A stretch of DNA of 64,000 bases from Selaginella moellendorffii (lineage: Eukaryota > Plantae > Lycopodiophyta): NCBI RefSeq assembly GCF_000143415.4, contig NW_003314266.1:2396379-2460378 (forward strand). Reading direction: 5' to 3'. Below, one piece after another: positions 49,179 to 60,585 of the stretch. Position 1 is the stretch's first letter, and each line of letters opens with the position of its first letter. Under the pieces are notes generated by a model. The model worked only from the letters and a program-made list of their open reading frames with translations, was not told where the DNA came from and ran no database searches. The position numbers and the translations under genes were made by a program.

Positions 49179-51272
49179 TTAGTAAGGTATGTTACTTAGC
49201 TGGTTTTGAATCCTAGAGGCCTCCTTGGACAATCCCGTGGCAGCATAGACATTAGACATAAGTACATGAGCTGATGCACTTGTGCTCTCTAGCTTGACCA
49301 CGGATTGAAACGCAAGCTCTCCAACACCCACATTCTCCCACTTGACGCAAGCATCCAACACTACCATCCAGATGATCACATCAGGCTTCACAGGCATGCC
49401 CCTCACGACAGATACTGCTTCCTCGAGATGGTTTGCTTGAGCAAGAACGTCCACCAGGCAGGTATAGTGTTGGAGATTGGGAACGATGCCAAACTCTTCC
49501 CGCATGGACCGGAAGTACTCTTTGGCCTTGTCGACGAGCCCGGCATATCGGCACGCCGTGAGAACAGATAGAAAAGCGATGTGATCCGGTTGAATGCGTT
49601 CCTTCTGCATCCTCTCGAAGAGCTGGAAGACCTGCGAGGTGTTGCCTTGGAAGCTGTATCCCGCTAGCAGCGCGCTCCAAGTCACCAAGCTCTTCTTGCA
49701 AGCAGCCTCAAAGACCTCTTCCGCGTCGGGCATGCTCCCACACTTCCCATAAAAGTCGATGAGAGCGTTTGCTACTGCTGGAACCGTCTCAAATCCATCT
49801 ATGGATGCTCGAGCATGGAGCTCTCTTCCAGACTCCAAAGCTCCCAGGCTGCTGCAAGCCTTGAGAGCGGCAACGAAAGTCACAGCATCCGGTGAGCAGC
49901 CTTCTTCCTCCATGCGCGTCAAGAGCTCCAAAGCGATATTCCCATCTCCGGCCTGAGCATATCCTGCGATGAGACAGTTCCATGATACCACACTTCGCTC
50001 CTGAATGCGTTCGAAGACGCTGCGAGCATCGGCCATGCTCCCACACTTCGCGTACATATCCACCAGCGTGTTGGCCACCGCAGTGTGTGAATCATCCCCG
50101 AGCGTTGCAGCCAAGTCGTGGATAGCCCGCCCTTGTCTCAAACACTGGTCCTTGACAACACTCCCGTCCACCACCTTGCCTTGTTCTTTCTCGGCCAAGC
50201 ACGCACAAGCCTTCAAGGTTGCGAGTAGAGTGACACGATCCGGAGCACAGCCTTCGTCTTTCATGCGAGCGTACATCTCCATAGCCAGCTCTCCATCGCC
50301 ACTTTGAGCGTAACCCAGGATGATTGCGTTCCAAGCCACAACGTCGTGATGCTTCATGCGCTCAAACACCCGACGAGCGTCCACCATACTCCCACACTTC
50401 CAGTACATATCCACCAGCGAATTCTCCACGAACGGGCTCGAGTCGTCACCACTCTCGGCAGCTCGGAGATGCACAGCCTTCCCTCTCTCCAGGCAAACCG
50501 GCTTGAGCAACCTTCCATCGATCATCTTCCACTCTTCCTTCTCCGCCAAGCTCGAGCAAGCTTTGAGAGCCGCGAGGAGAGTGACGCGATTTGGAGCACA
50601 GCCTTCGCGTTGCATGCGTGAGTATAGATCCCACGCCATCTCTCCCTGACCACTTTGAGCGTAGCCGAGAATGAGAGCGCTCCATGACACCACTGTCCGG
50701 CTATGGATGCTCTCGAAAACTTGCCGGGCTTCGTCCAAGCTCCCACACTTCGCATACATGTCGACCAGAGTGTTGGGAATGAAGATGGTGGACGAGAAAT
50801 CGCCACTGCTAGAAACGTACTCGTGGATTTTCTTCCCGGCTTCCAGATCCCTGCTGTTCGTGCAGACCTTGAGAGCAGCGAGAATGATCCCAATGCTTGG
50901 CCTCATCCCCTCCCTTTGCAATCTCTGGAATTTTGCCAGCGTCTCTCGATCAGCTCCATTTCTTTTCTTTGCGTTGGATTTTCTGGGAGGAAATGCGTTG
51001 CCTTCCACCGCGTTGCGAGGCCAGGAAGATTTCTCGCTGAGCTTGAGCGGCACCCAGCTTGGAATGGAGCGCGAATCGATCCACAGTCCCGCGCCCGTGC
51101 TGGAATGCTTGAAATCGGGGAAATTCGGGCAGCTCTGGAAGAATGCCACAGTGCCTGGTGGAAGTGAAGATCTTAGAGGGAAGCTATATCGCAGAGCGCG
51201 TACCTTTGTGGCTCGATTGTCCCTCCACATCCAAGGCTGCTCGAAGAGATTGCTCCACAGCTTCTCCTCCAT
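49179..51272 (-). CDS. PLS-class PPR protein with an N-terminal OSB-type PDF ssDNA-binding motif; in-frame intron ~51135-51203
   Basis: LWSNLFEQPWMWRDNRATK|SCPNFPDFKHSSTGAGLWI, followed by LVDMYAKCGS..A..VF..VVSW repeats and an E domain. Confidence 0.88.
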   Translation of the reverse strand: MEEKLWSNLFEQPWMWRDNRATKVRALRYSFPLRSSLPPGTVAFFQSCPNFPDFKHSSTGAGLWIDSRSIPSWVPLKLSEKSSWPRNAVEGNAFPPRKSNAKKRNGADRETLAKFQRLQREGMRPSIGIILAALKVCTNSRDLEAGKKIHEYVSSSGDFSSTIFIPNTLVDMYAKCGSLDEARQVFESIHSRTVVSWSALILGYAQSGQGEMAWDLYSRMQREGCAPNRVTLLAALKACSSLAEKEEWKMIDGRLLKPVCLERGKAVHLRAAESGDDSSPFVENSLVDMYWKCGSMVDARRVFERMKHHDVVAWNAIILGYAQSGDGELAMEMYARMKDEGCAPDRVTLLATLKACACLAEKEQGKVVDGSVVKDQCLRQGRAIHDLAATLGDDSHTAVANTLVDMYAKCGSMADARSVFERIQERSVVSWNCLIAGYAQAGDGNIALELLTRMEEEGCSPDAVTFVAALKACSSLGALESGRELHARASIDGFETVPAVANALIDFYGKCGSMPDAEEVFEAACKKSLVTWSALLAGYSFQGNTSQVFQLFERMQKERIQPDHIAFLSVLTACRYAGLVDKAKEYFRSMREEFGIVPNLQHYTCLVDVLAQANHLEEAVSVVRGMPVKPDVIIWMVVLDACVKWENVGVGELAFQSVVKLESTSASAHVLMSNVYAATGLSKEASRIQNQLSNIPY

Positions 51273-51424
51273 CCTCGCGCCAGAGCTCTCTTTCTTCTTC
51301 TAGGTCATTGTGAGAGAGAGAGGTTATATAAGTAGGGCTTTTAAAAAATTGGAGCCTTCTCCTTCCTCGAGAAAAATGTTTGTCTAGCATCAAGAGAAGA
51401 AGAGAAAGATCGAAGAAAAAAAAG

Positions 51425-52310
51425 CTATGCCGCTCGATCGAATAGCTTCTCCACCACTACGGAAAATGCCGCAAATCCAGCGCAGCCCACGCAAGCTGCC
51501 TTTGGTCCAGCTGAAGAACACAAGAAAAATGGAACCTTCTTGAGCAAGAACAAGAAAAAAACGAAGAAAAGGAGAAGAAAAGTTCTACCTTTCGCAGACA
51601 AGCTCCCACCGGTGACACAGCCAGCCACCATCGTGTTCGTCATGTCGTGCCTCGCTCTAGCCTGGAAACAACAAAGATTCGATCGTGAGAACTAATCTCT
51701 AGAGACTTTCCGAGAACTTTGGAGGATCCCAAGAACTCCGGAGAGCTCGCGATCATTCAAGAGCTCTCTCTGGCAAGAACTACGTGAAAGAGAGGATACC
51801 TTTTCTATGATACACTCGGTTCCAGAGTAAATGGCTCCCATCACCGCGAAAGCCTTGGCCATATGGAGGCTCTTGCTGCCCATTTGCTTGGCGGCGTGTG
51901 TGAAGTGTTGCCTCACGGTCATTTGATCGGGGTTGAGTGGATTGTCCAGCGCTCCAAACAGCAATCCCATGAAAATCCCCATGCCGCCCCCTGGAAAGAA
52001 AAAAAAACTCTGTCAAGAACTCCCTAGGCCTAGAACGAAGAAACACGTTTGGAATTCCCATCGCCATTGGCGAAAGAGGAGAGAATCGAGGAGGAAACTC
52101 TTGACAATGGAGGAGGAAAGAGGATCAAAGAGGAAGAAATCCTCTCTTACCCATGACGCAGCTCACAATGCTCTTGACGGCGCAGTTGTTAAACACATCC
52201 TGCGCCTTCATCTCCTCGAATGTCGGTAGCTTGAGCGGCTCCACCGGCGGCGGCGGGGCGGAGGATCCATCCGAATCGGATGCCGGTGGCTCGGCAGACT
52301 GATCGACCAT
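51425..52310 (-). CDS. TIM22: Mitochondrial import inner membrane translocase subunit TIM22, multi-exon
   Basis: EEMKAQDVFNNCAVKS.VS.VMG, AKAFAVMGAIYSGTECIIEK, ARARHDMTN..AGCVTGG and GPKAACVGCAGFAAFS. Confidence 0.92.
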
Positions 52311-52405
52311 TGCCAAGAACCATTGGGAAAAAACTTTTTAGGGTTCTTCCATACTTGTAGCAAGAACCCTAAATCCTTTTGAAACGAGGGGGCGAAACGC
52401 ACAGA

Positions 52406-54131
52406 ATGGCTGCTGCTGTTGGAGCTTCCTTCGATCTCTTCAAGCTGCCGCTGCTGCGATCCAGCTCCCGTGGATCATCGCTCCGGGCAAGAACTGGTAT
52501 GTGTTTTACGCGATCTGTACAGTGTGCGGCTTCGAATTCTCTCCATTCTGTCCCTCGGGTAAGGAAGAAGGTTTAAACTATCCAAATGTAGCTCATTTTT
52601 CTCTTGCAGCTCATCGAAACTTTGCTGGAAAAGACCGATCTCACGTCCGAGCAGACCGAATCCGTCACGGACATGCTCTTGGAGGGGGCCGATGCTGCGC
52701 AAATCTCCGCGTTTTTGGTGCTCCTTCGAGCTAAAAACGAGACTTTCGAAGAGGTAGCTCTAACTTTTCTTAGAGGTTTTGCTTGGTTCTTTTGTTCTTT
52801 GTTTTTCTACTTGCTGCTACCTTGAACGATCTCGTTTCCAAATTCCTCACAGATTGCCGGCCTTGCTAAAGCAATGATTAAGCGCTCTATTGCAGTGCCT
52901 GGTCTCGTTGGTGGCCTAGACATTGTTGGTACCGGTGGCGATGGAGCAAACACCGTCAATATCTCGGACTGGAGCTTGTATCCTTGCTGCTTCTTGCGGA
53001 GCCAAGGTTGCAAAGGTACGATGGTTCGGTTTTAACTTTCTGCGTGAAAGTTTACGTGTTTCCTGGCAGCATGGAAACCGCTCGAGTTCTTCAGCTTGCG
53101 GAAGCGCCGACGTTCTGGAAGCGCTCGGCGTGGAGATAAATCTCGGCCCTGAGGTACTCGCTCGAGTTCTTCTAGTATTGTTTTTTCACTCCCAAGTTCT
53201 ATGAGAAGGGAATTGCCAGATGTGTCAAGGAAGCAGGGATTGCCTTTATGATGGCACCGAAGTTTCATCCAGCCATGAAAGTAGTTGGGCCTGTGAGGAA
53301 GTCCTTGAAGGTGAAAACCGTGTTCAATATCCTCGGCCCGCTGCTAAACCCCGCTCGAGTTCCGCACCAGATTGTTGGCGTCTACTCCAAAAGCCTTGTA
53401 AGTTTCGATTATATTTCACTGGAGAATTTTTTTTTCCTGAGACGTGATGATCTCATCTCGAGGAATAGGTACCGAAGATGGCGAAGGCGCTCCAGCTACT
53501 TGGCACAAAGCACGCGTTGGTAGTGCACTCTGAGGGACTGGATGAAATGAGTCCTCTCGGTAAGTCAGTTTGCTTTTTCACACCATTTTTCCAACGTTTT
53601 TTCTTTTCGCGAGCAGGCCCTGGATTCATATTGGAAGTCACTCCCACATCTATCAAAGAGTTCAGCTTCGATCCATGTAAGATCGTTTTCTTCGTTGAAT
53701 TCTCTTCTGATAGAGAAAATGGATGCAGTGGACTTTGGTTTCCCTCGTTGTACAGTAGAAGATTTGCGAGGTGGTGATGCAGCGTTCAACTCTAAGGTTC
53801 TGAGGGATGTGCTTGGTGGACAAGAGGGACACATCGCGAATGCTCTGGTAATCACCATCACCACATTGTAAAGACACTGAAGTGTGTTTTGCCTTTTGCT
53901 CAGATTCTCAATGCTGGAGCCGGCCTTGTTGCGTGTGGAGTGGCCGACGACTTGAAATCCGGCGTCGAAATGGCTCAAGCGGCCCAACAATCCGGCCAAG
54001 CACTCAAAGTTCTGGACTCGTGGATCCACTTGTCCCAGGTTCGTCTTTGACTTTCTGCAAACTCAAAAACGATATTGCCTTCGTTAAAGCAGGAATTGAA
54101 GATGCAAGAAGAAGCCGTGGCTGTTTCCTAG
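52406..54131 (+). CDS. PAT1: Plastid anthranilate phosphoribosyltransferase, multi-exon; apparent +1 frameshift at ~52966
   Basis: [60 protein letters not shown] and GLDEMSP. Confidence 0.9.
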
Positions 54132-54313
54132 CAGAAGTACTCTAAATTTTTGGCCAAAATAAATCAAGCAAAAACCGCTCAGTATAACAAGTGCAGGATT
54201 GTCTATCAAAAATTATTTGGTGAAGAGCACCACTTACAAAATTGAGAGGAGTTCCGGGGCAAGGCAATCAACAAAACACTTGTTTGTTTGTTATTTTCTC
54301 TCTCCCGTTCTCC

Positions 54314-54967
54314 TCACGCAGCCATCCCCTGCCGATCCTCCACTTGAACGTGCACTTGAAATCCTCCTTGCTCTTTCTCCTCCTTGTCCTTGGCTTGATC
54401 CTTGGCTTGATCCGTCTCATCCGTCGCGCCCTGCGCCTGTACCTCAACTTGCTCCTGCTCCGGAATCTGCACCTGAACCTGAACTTGCTCCTCCTCCGGA
54501 ACCTGAACTTGAACCTGAACTTGCTCCTCCTCCGGAATCTGCACCTGAACCTGCACCTGAACTTGCTCCTGCTCCGGAATCTGCACCTGCACCTGCTCCT
54601 GCTGCAGATCCTCCTGCCGCTGCTCCTGCTTGTGCGGCTGCTCACCGCCCCGATCCGCCGAGTCGTCCAGCTTCTCCCCCGCCTGGAGAACCACCGAGTA
54701 GTAGCTCGATCCCTCCATGCACTTCATGAGGACCTGCGTGATGGAGCGGCAGCGCACCACCGTCTCCTCCGATTCCTTCTCCGCCTCCTGCACGCAGTCC
54801 TCCCACTCCTGAAACTCCTTCCCACACGGCCCCGCCTTCATGAACAAACAAAATGGGCACTCGCCCTCCTCCTCTTGCCCCTCCTCTCCTTCCACCACCT
54901 TTCCTTCCTTCTCTTCGCCCCTCTCATCGGCCTCGCGCTCTCGCGCTCGCTCGTCTGCATTCTCCAT
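54314..54967 (-). CDS. GCK-domain (twin-cysteine) protein with a C-terminal EQVQVQ repeat tract
   Basis: ECPFCLFMKAGPCGKEFQEWEDCV..C..L.KCM..YY, followed by about five (I/V)PE(Q/E)EQVQVQVQ repeats. Confidence 0.8.
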   Translation of the reverse strand: MENADERAREREADERGEEKEGKVVEGEEGQEEEGECPFCLFMKAGPCGKEFQEWEDCVQEAEKESEETVVRCRSITQVLMKCMEGSSYYSVVLQAGEKLDDSADRGGEQPHKQEQRQEDLQQEQVQVQIPEQEQVQVQVQVQIPEEEQVQVQVQVPEEEQVQVQVQIPEQEQVEVQAQGATDETDQAKDQAKDKEEKEQGGFQVHVQVEDRQGMAA

Positions 54968-55056
54968 CGCGAATAACCCTACAGCGAAAACCCTAAATCT
55001 CGCATATTTACAGGCATATTCGAGAGCCTTTAGAATATTCGTGTGAATCGGCATAT

Positions 55057-56712
55057 TCACGGGCATATTGCGTTGGCGAGGAGCACGTAGTTCGCCGAGC
55101 GCGGTGTCGCGGTAATGGCGTCCACGCCGAGCTTTAGAATTCCCTTCGGCCTAGGCGCTGACAGAAAGCACGCCCACTCCAGCGAATCGGGCACAAACGG
55201 CATGCTTGCGAGCAAATCTCTCGCGTTGTCGAGATGCCCAGCCCTGGCGAGGAGATCGATCACGCAGCAGTAGTGGTTCCTGCTGGGACTGAGGCCAAAG
55301 TCTTGGATCATCGAGTGGAAGTAGCTCCTGGCTTGGTAGATCTTGCCCTGGTGGCTGCAGATCATCAGCACCGGAAGGAACGTCACAGCCTCGGGGCGCT
55401 CCAGAGTGTTTAGAGTGCTCATTGTGAAGAATGCGGCTTCTTTGATGTCAAGATTCGCGCTCCGGGCATATGCCGCCAGCATGACATTCCATGTCGTGAG
55501 ATTCCTCTGTGGCATCTTCTCAAATATACTTCTCGCGTTCTGTATCTGCCCGTTTTGAGCGTACGCCGACAGAAGTGCAGTCCACGAGGACACGTCCTGA
55601 CCAGGCATGTCGTAAGAGATTCCCAAACACTCTTCAAAACGCCCGTTCTCGGCAAATGCAGAAAGAAGCTTTGTCCAAGACACAAGGTTCCACTCCGGCA
55701 TACTGTCAAACGCCCGTTTAGATTCCTCCACGTGGCCCCTCAGACCATATGAGACAATCATGACCGTCCACGAGATTACGTTCGCCATGGGCATCTCGTC
55801 AAACACCTGCTTAACCAGCTCGATGTCTTGCCCACTCGTGGCAAATGCTGACAGAAGAGCGTTCCATGAGGCGAGATTTCTCTCTGGCATATTCTCAAAC
55901 ACTCGCTTCGCATCTTCCAATGAGCAGCTCTGCGCGCATGCTGCTAGCAAGGCCGTCTACGTATACAAGTTGTGTACGGGCATTTCATCAAAGAGTTGCT
56001 TTACTTTCGATAAATTCCCGGTCTGGGCATTTGCTGCAAGCATCGCAGTCCAAGATACCACGTCCCACTCGGGCATGTCGTTGAAAACACACGTAGCTTC
56101 TTGCACGCCACCTCTTTCCACAAGTGAGTTTAATATCGAATTCCAACTCACGACATTTCTCTGCGGCATTTGCTTTAGCATCTCTTTCGCATCAGCCAAA
56201 TGCCCGTTCCGAGCGAATGCAGTTACCATAGCATTCCACGTTACAAGGTTTCTCTCGGGCATATTGTCAAACGCCTTCTTTGCCTGCTCGATTCGACCTT
56301 CTCTGGCGAGGAGCACGAGCATTGCTGTTACCGACACAAGATTGTAGAGTGGCATCGATTGGAACAATCCCATTGATGCGTGGAATTCGCCAGCCTCGGC
56401 AAGCGCGCATAGCATCATCGTCCACGAGACCACATTGGGGCTCGGCATCGCGGAGAAGAGGCATTGCGCGTCGCGGATCTGGCCATTTCTGGTGTAGGCA
56501 AATAGCATAAGATCCCACGAGAAGGTGTTCTTGGCGGCAATTCCATCGAAAACTTTGCGCGCTTGAGCTGCGTCCCCGCATCGCCCAAACATCTCGATGA
56601 GCTTGTTGTAGAGAAACACGCGATCGCGGTAAGGAATTCGATCCACGCGCGCGTAGATCTTTTTGGCCTCGCTCAAGCTCTCGCAGGACTGGATCAAGGC
56701 CAGGTCTCGCAT
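55057..56712 (-). pseudogene. PLS-class PPR gene interrupted by one in-frame TAG (55957-55959) where Trp is expected
   Basis: ..VHNLYT*TALLAACAQ..; both halves are in the same frame with continuous PPR repeats and a final E domain. Confidence 0.8.
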
Positions 56713-56759
56713 TTACCGGTATCAAAATTATCAATAGCTTTAATTGTCAAGATAAGATC

Positions 56760-58081
56760 TTACTCACGCCACATATGGGCAAATTCGCTCGGTTCTAGCG
56801 CGTTTGCCTCTACGTGAGCTTTTCTAGAGTTCCTGGCCTTGACTTTCATCTTATACTTGGCATCTTTTCGCTTGATGAGCGAACGAACCTGTGTAACACA
56901 CCGAAAACACATCCACGATTAGCTGCGTGGAAAGAATTCGACACGAGATTTACCATGTTTGGAGCCGTGTAGAAGGGATTCTCGTACAGCGGCTTCCCAC
57001 CCATGCTAGCACTGAAGATCTTGATGGGATTCAGACAAAACCTTGGCCCGACCTTGGATTTACACGCCAGATTCAATCACAGGTTACTTGAAAGTGGAAG
57101 ACTTACCTCAATCAGAGTCATCTTCTCGGCAGACGCTCGGTCGAGCTTGTCTGAATCATGGTGTGGCACAGATATCTGAAAATGGAGTTTAGAAACAAAA
57201 CCAACTATCGAGAAACAAAGATTACTTGGTAGTTTCGAAACCAGATATGCTTGTCTAGCACAGTGAATGACAGGACGTGATCAAAGAAAGGCTTGCTCTT
57301 CCTGTGGTCTTTAGGAGTACCAAAGACCTGCAAAAACACTAGTAGTAAACCAGGATCCGCAAAAAGAAAAGACGTTACTTGGATGAACATCTCCTTTATC
57401 AGCCTTAAGTGGGGCTGCTTGTCGAAACTCGATGAGAACGTCAGTATGGGACGAGATCCTTTCAAATGGTTGCCTGTAAGTTTTAGCTCCGCCATAGTGT
57501 GCACTGCAAAACATCGCTACGCATTTCAGACATAGAAGGGAAACAAAGCAAAATGTTACCCGCGTTCACTAAGAACTTGATAGATGGTCCGCCAGGAAAC
57601 TTAGTCATCCACAGATACAAATCCTGTCTTTTCCTGCACTGAACTACGAGCCTTAGCTAAAACACTATGAAGAAAACCTCACCTCGAAGTACAAACAGCT
57701 CGTGCATCCTCGAAGCTCGGCAATCTCATTCAAAGTCCCATTTTTGTTATCCTTGGCTTGAAGCTTCACATCCTTCTTACTGTGCGGCATCAATCCAATC
57801 AGGTCCATCATGAGATGCCGATACCTGGAACGCAAAGATTGTAAAGCCACATTCGCAACGCATTTCCACTACTCTCACCGATAGATGATGCTCCGCGAGC
57901 AAACAACCAGCGTTTTCTCCTTGTTCCTGAATCCCGGCTGCTGTGGCTCCTGCGGATCCTTCAATCCTGTGAGCGTCCTCTTGGGCGGTGGCGCCTCCTC
58001 TGGAACCTGCGCAGCCTCATCCTCGCCGGGATCGGGCGCTGCCTCGGCCGCCTTCGCCTTCCTCTTCTTCCCCTTACCCAT
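56760..58081 (-). CDS. BRX1: Ribosome biogenesis protein BRX1 (Brix domain), multi-exon
   Basis: FRNKEKTLV.CSR.I.YR, RHLM.D..LMPHSKKD, HTMAELKLTGNHLKGSRPILTF, KSKPFFDHV and GPRFCLNPIKIF. Confidence 0.93.
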
Positions 58082-58191
58082 AAGCCCTAAGCCCTAAAGT
58101 ACATAACAGAATATACCTTTAACAGTAACGGAGAATGAGGATGACGGTATATGCGCTCATTGCTGAGAGGGCGCGGTAGGGTTCTCGAGCG

Positions 58192-59043
58192 ATGGCGATG
58201 CGCCTGGCTAGGCGCTGGGGAGATTTCTCGAGGTACACACAGTCTCTAGGGCGCTCCTTTGCAACTACAGTGTCTTCTGAAGACCCAGGGCTCGAAGTAA
58301 TCAACGAAGGCCCCGCCGTGATCAACTCGGGAGATGTGGGCAAGACCTGTGGGATTCCCAAGGAGCATATGCATCGCAAGGTATGATCTCGTAGAATGTA
58401 GCGATTTCGTGCACAGGAAACTCCTCTTGCTCATTTCTTACTCCGGTCTTCTCTTAGGTTGTAATCTATTCTCCCGCTCGTAGCGCATCGCAGCAGGGAA
58501 GGACTACCATGGGAAAATGGAAGTTCAATTTTGAATCGACCGAGAAGTGAGTTCCATCCTTCGCTGGTGTTGGTTTGGAAAAACTTGGTCTTTGTTTTTT
58601 TCTTTTCTTTCTTCGTTTCTTCTGTTCTTGCGGTTGATCTGGAAAAACTTGGTTTTTCTTTCAGGTATCAGGATCCACTCATGGGCTGGACGTCTACCTC
58701 GGATCCTCTAGCATACGTTGGAGACGCGGCACTTTCGTTCGATTCTAAAGAGTCTGCCATCGAATTTGCGGCAAAGCACGGGTGGGAGTATACGGTAAGT
58801 GTTTCAATCACTTCGCTACTGCGAGTTTTTGATCGATCGACTGGTGTTCATCTGCATTTTGCCCAGGTGCGAGAGCCCCATCAGCAAACTCTCAAAGTGA
58901 GATCACTCGTCTCGCTCTTGTTTCATTCTTTCCTTCGGAGAAATTCCATTCACTAACGCTTCGTTTGCTCGTTTGCGTGGCAGCCCAAAGCTTACGCCGA
59001 TAACTTCAAATGGAAAGGTGCGCCAGTCATGGCCGACGAGTAA
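58192..59043 (+). CDS. NDUFS4: NADH:ubiquinone oxidoreductase 18 kDa subunit (NDUFS4/FRO1), multi-exon
   Basis: [50 protein letters not shown] and [11 protein letters not shown]. Confidence 0.93.
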
Positions 59044-59207
59044 AAACACGAATTCTTCCATTCAAATAACCCGAGTTCTTTGCCGCCACGTCACTGTCCG
59101 ACGTGGCAGAAACAACTGTACATCCTGTGTGCGCGACGTGGCAGACGTGTCACACGCTTGTGAGCCGTCCGATTAGAGTGTTCTCGGTTGATCTAGGTCT
59201 TTCGAGC

Positions 59208-60031
59208 ATGGCATCGGGCATTCTCGGCTGCGCGGCGATTCCAAAGGCCGCGGTGGCGGCGGCTGGATCGTCCACCGCTTGCTGCGATGTCAAGCTAGCC
59301 TGCGCGCCGGGAAGTTCGTGCTCTAGCAGGGTACATTATGGGAATCTTGCGAATCCTGCCACCGCTTTGAGTGGGAGGCATCGATCCAGGTGTTGCGCTG
59401 CTGCCGCTGCTGCTGTGGGGAGGGATTCTAGCCGTGCCGCCACTAGCGAGGCTCAAGAAACAGCAAACTCAGGTACTCTAGCAAATAGCTTTGATTTCTT
59501 TCTATCACACTAGTATCACTGCTTCTACACACGGTGCTTCGAGATTGGCAATTTGGGACTAATCACTTGAAACTCTATAGCATACACTTTCCACTGTTCA
59601 CTTAGCTCCATCTTCCATTTGCTACAGTTTTAGCTCTTCTTTGAGGAAACCTTTTCTTTAGCTATAGTATTCTTCTGTGAGATCGCTTGATAACACGTCA
59701 AATGTTTGTTCCAGCTTGTGCAGTGAACGATTCTACGTTCCAGAAGCTTGTTCTGGAGAGTGATATTCCAGTTTTGGTCGACTTTTGGGCTCCTTGGTGC
59801 GGTCCCTGCCGCATGATAGCCCCACTTATCGACGAGCTCGCCAGGCAGTACGCGGGAAAGCTGAGATGCCTCAAGCTCAACACAGATGAATGCCCAAACC
59901 TGGCCACCGAGTATGGAATTCGCAGCATTCCAACTGTGATTATCTTTGTGGGAGGTGAGAAGAAGGATACCGTGATCGGTGCTGTTCCAAAGTCGAGCTT
60001 GACGTCCATGATTGATAAATACCTCAGCTAA
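59208..60031 (+). CDS. Plastid thioredoxin m (2 exons)
   Basis: [32 protein letters not shown] and IGAVPK; transit-peptide-like exon 1. Confidence 0.92.
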
Positions 60032-60585
60032 GGCTTTTTACACTCTTCCCTTGTTTCTTTGCTTCCTTTAAACAATCATGGTTTAGTTAACATATTCTGT
60101 ATATACTTGCAGACTTTGGTGCATATACAAATTTCTAACTTGGCTTTATTTGTACAAAATATTGCTTATGCCTTTCGCTTAATACTCACTGAATATTGTA
60201 TAAGAAAGAGGTCATTTCAACCCCATAGTCAATTATTTTTTAATTTTCAATGAAGACAAGTTTTATTAACCAAATTTTTATTTATTAATAACATAAAATA
60301 ATATTATATTCATTTTTAAAAAGTATCTATACTGTTAATAATTAAAAAAAGTAATATAATTTATTTTTAATGAGATTAAAAAAGGTAAAAAACAAAAAAA
60401 CTGCAGTTAAACTCATTCAAAAGCTTATTACCTTCTTTAACTCTACTGTGTCAAATAGATTTTGAATAATATACTAATAACAATTTAGACATTAAATATA
60501 TATATATAACAAAGCCCATGTTCTAAATCTTTTTATGCATAATTAAAACTATACTCAAATTAACCTGACAGTTTGTACTACAATA

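Noticed and set aside
54199-54976. Long plus-strand ORFs (PAPE/LNLLLLR repeats)
   Set aside because: Antisense shadows of the GCK gene's repeat tract
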